A stretch of 64,000 nt of DNA from Squalus acanthias (Eukaryota), in NCBI GenBank assembly GCA_030390025.1, contig CM059432.1, forward strand, positions 32,304,001 to 32,368,000, in the 5' to 3' direction. A program made the translations under genes and the position numbers. Below, piece by piece: positions 62,601 to 64,000 of the stretch. The first letter of the stretch is position 1. The number at the start of each line of letters is the position of its first letter. The notes under the pieces were generated by a model. That model worked only from the letters and a program-made list of their open reading frames with translations, was not told the DNA's origin and did not search any database.

Positions 62601-64000
62601 TGTACTTTCTATCTGTACAAATACCTGTTTCATTACTCATTGGTATAGATGACATTGAACTTAGTGTGTTCATCACATATGATACATTGATGGATCATCA
62701 TCTCTTGACATTCTCACTCAATGAGCCATTTTAGGAGTCTATTAAAAATCCAAGATAAGAGTTTCAAGGGAATAGCATATGTGTTTCATGCTGAATGTCA
62801 CAACTTTTATCACACTCCTCTCTAAACACCGCCCTTTGTCTGTCTCTCCTCTCTCTCTGTCTCTCTGTATCATCGCAGTCAGTAGGCTTGTGTTTAATTT
62901 TATTTTAATAGAAGTTTGCTCACACTCTCATGGCATGAATCATTGAGAGATCTTGGAGTAATAGATCAGATGTGCCTTCCACAGAGAGTTACTTCCACCC
63001 ACGTGCAGGCTGCAAAGGTTGCAGAATCATTCTAGTAAAGGGAGTACAAGTCATCTGGTTACATTATTGAGCGTACTGTACTGAGTCATGTGTGGCAGGT
63101 TCTTGGACCTACACTGACACCAATGAGTAAGCTGTGTTTACGAGTATTTATTGTGTTGCCTTGAATTACTCAGGCTTTGCAGGACCCTGGATATGTACTG
63201 TCATTCAGTTCTGTGACAAAACTCTCTCTGCATTGCTTAACCTTCATCGTCGCTGGGTCAAAATCCCAGAACTCCCTAACCAGCAACACTATGGGAGTAC
63301 CTTCACCACACAGACTGCAGCAGCTCACCACCACCTTCTCGAGGGCAACTAGGGATGATCAATGAATGCCGGCCTTGCCAGCGACTTCCATATCCAGAGA
63401 ATTAATTTTTAAAAATACTCAGATGTCCGATAATCTGTTTTAGGTTTTAACTGAGGGATAAATGTTGGCCACAATACCCCTGCTCATCTTCGAATAGAGC
63501 CTTGGGATCTTTTGCGTCCATCTGAGAGGGCAGACTTCTCATCCAAAAGACGGCACCTCCGACATTGCAGCACTCCCTCAGCACTGTACTGAAGTGTCGA
63601 CCTAGATTATGTGCTCAAGTCTCTGGAGTGGGACTTGTACCCACAACCTCCTGACTCAAAATATGTAATTGCATTTTGCCCTTCCCAGCTTTTGAACAAT
63701 TTCACCCTACAGGTCTGTCACTGATCGTAACTGAATTCAATAAATCTGATTGATTTTGTGGGCTGGCATCAGGAAGAAAAGATGACCAAAAACTGTAGTA
63801 AAAACCAAACTGGTTAACTCATGTCCTTTAGGGGACGAGGAAAGCTACAGTCCTACCTGGTCTGACCTACATCTTGCACTAATCCATGTTACATGGTTAA
63901 CTGTAAATGCTCTTGGGGCAACTAGGGATGGAGAATAAATGCATCCTTGCCAGATCACCCACATCCCCAGAATAAAAATCACTGGCTCAGCTCTGCCTCC

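Overview
Vertebrate non-coding DNA, most likely from a cartilaginous fish (shark). The basis is the repeat families: an HE1-type V-SINE, Deu-domain SINEs with L2-type tails, and CR1, L2, RTE and Penelope retroelements. Most of 1-48 kb is nested transposable elements: a near full-length but disrupted CR1 LINE (about 4693-9134, minus), a Penelope-like RT/GIY-YIG insertion with an 11-bp TSD whose 3' end carries a minimal hammerhead-ribozyme-like motif, an RTE LINE with a twin-priming 5' inversion, Harbinger-like elements with ATT target duplications, hAT MITEs, an unclassified foldback element with a 30-bp internal array, and many SINEs. At about 48.85-49.41 kb there is a GC-rich candidate promoter and non-coding first exon (+ strand, AG|GTAAGT donor at 49409/49410). 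The rest of the window is probably its first intron and contains a perfect 10 x 42-bp VNTR and candidate enhancers. No host protein-coding exon could be identified, and most short ORFs in the track are TE-derived or spurious. Coordinates were read by eye; boundaries not anchored by a TSD are approximate.
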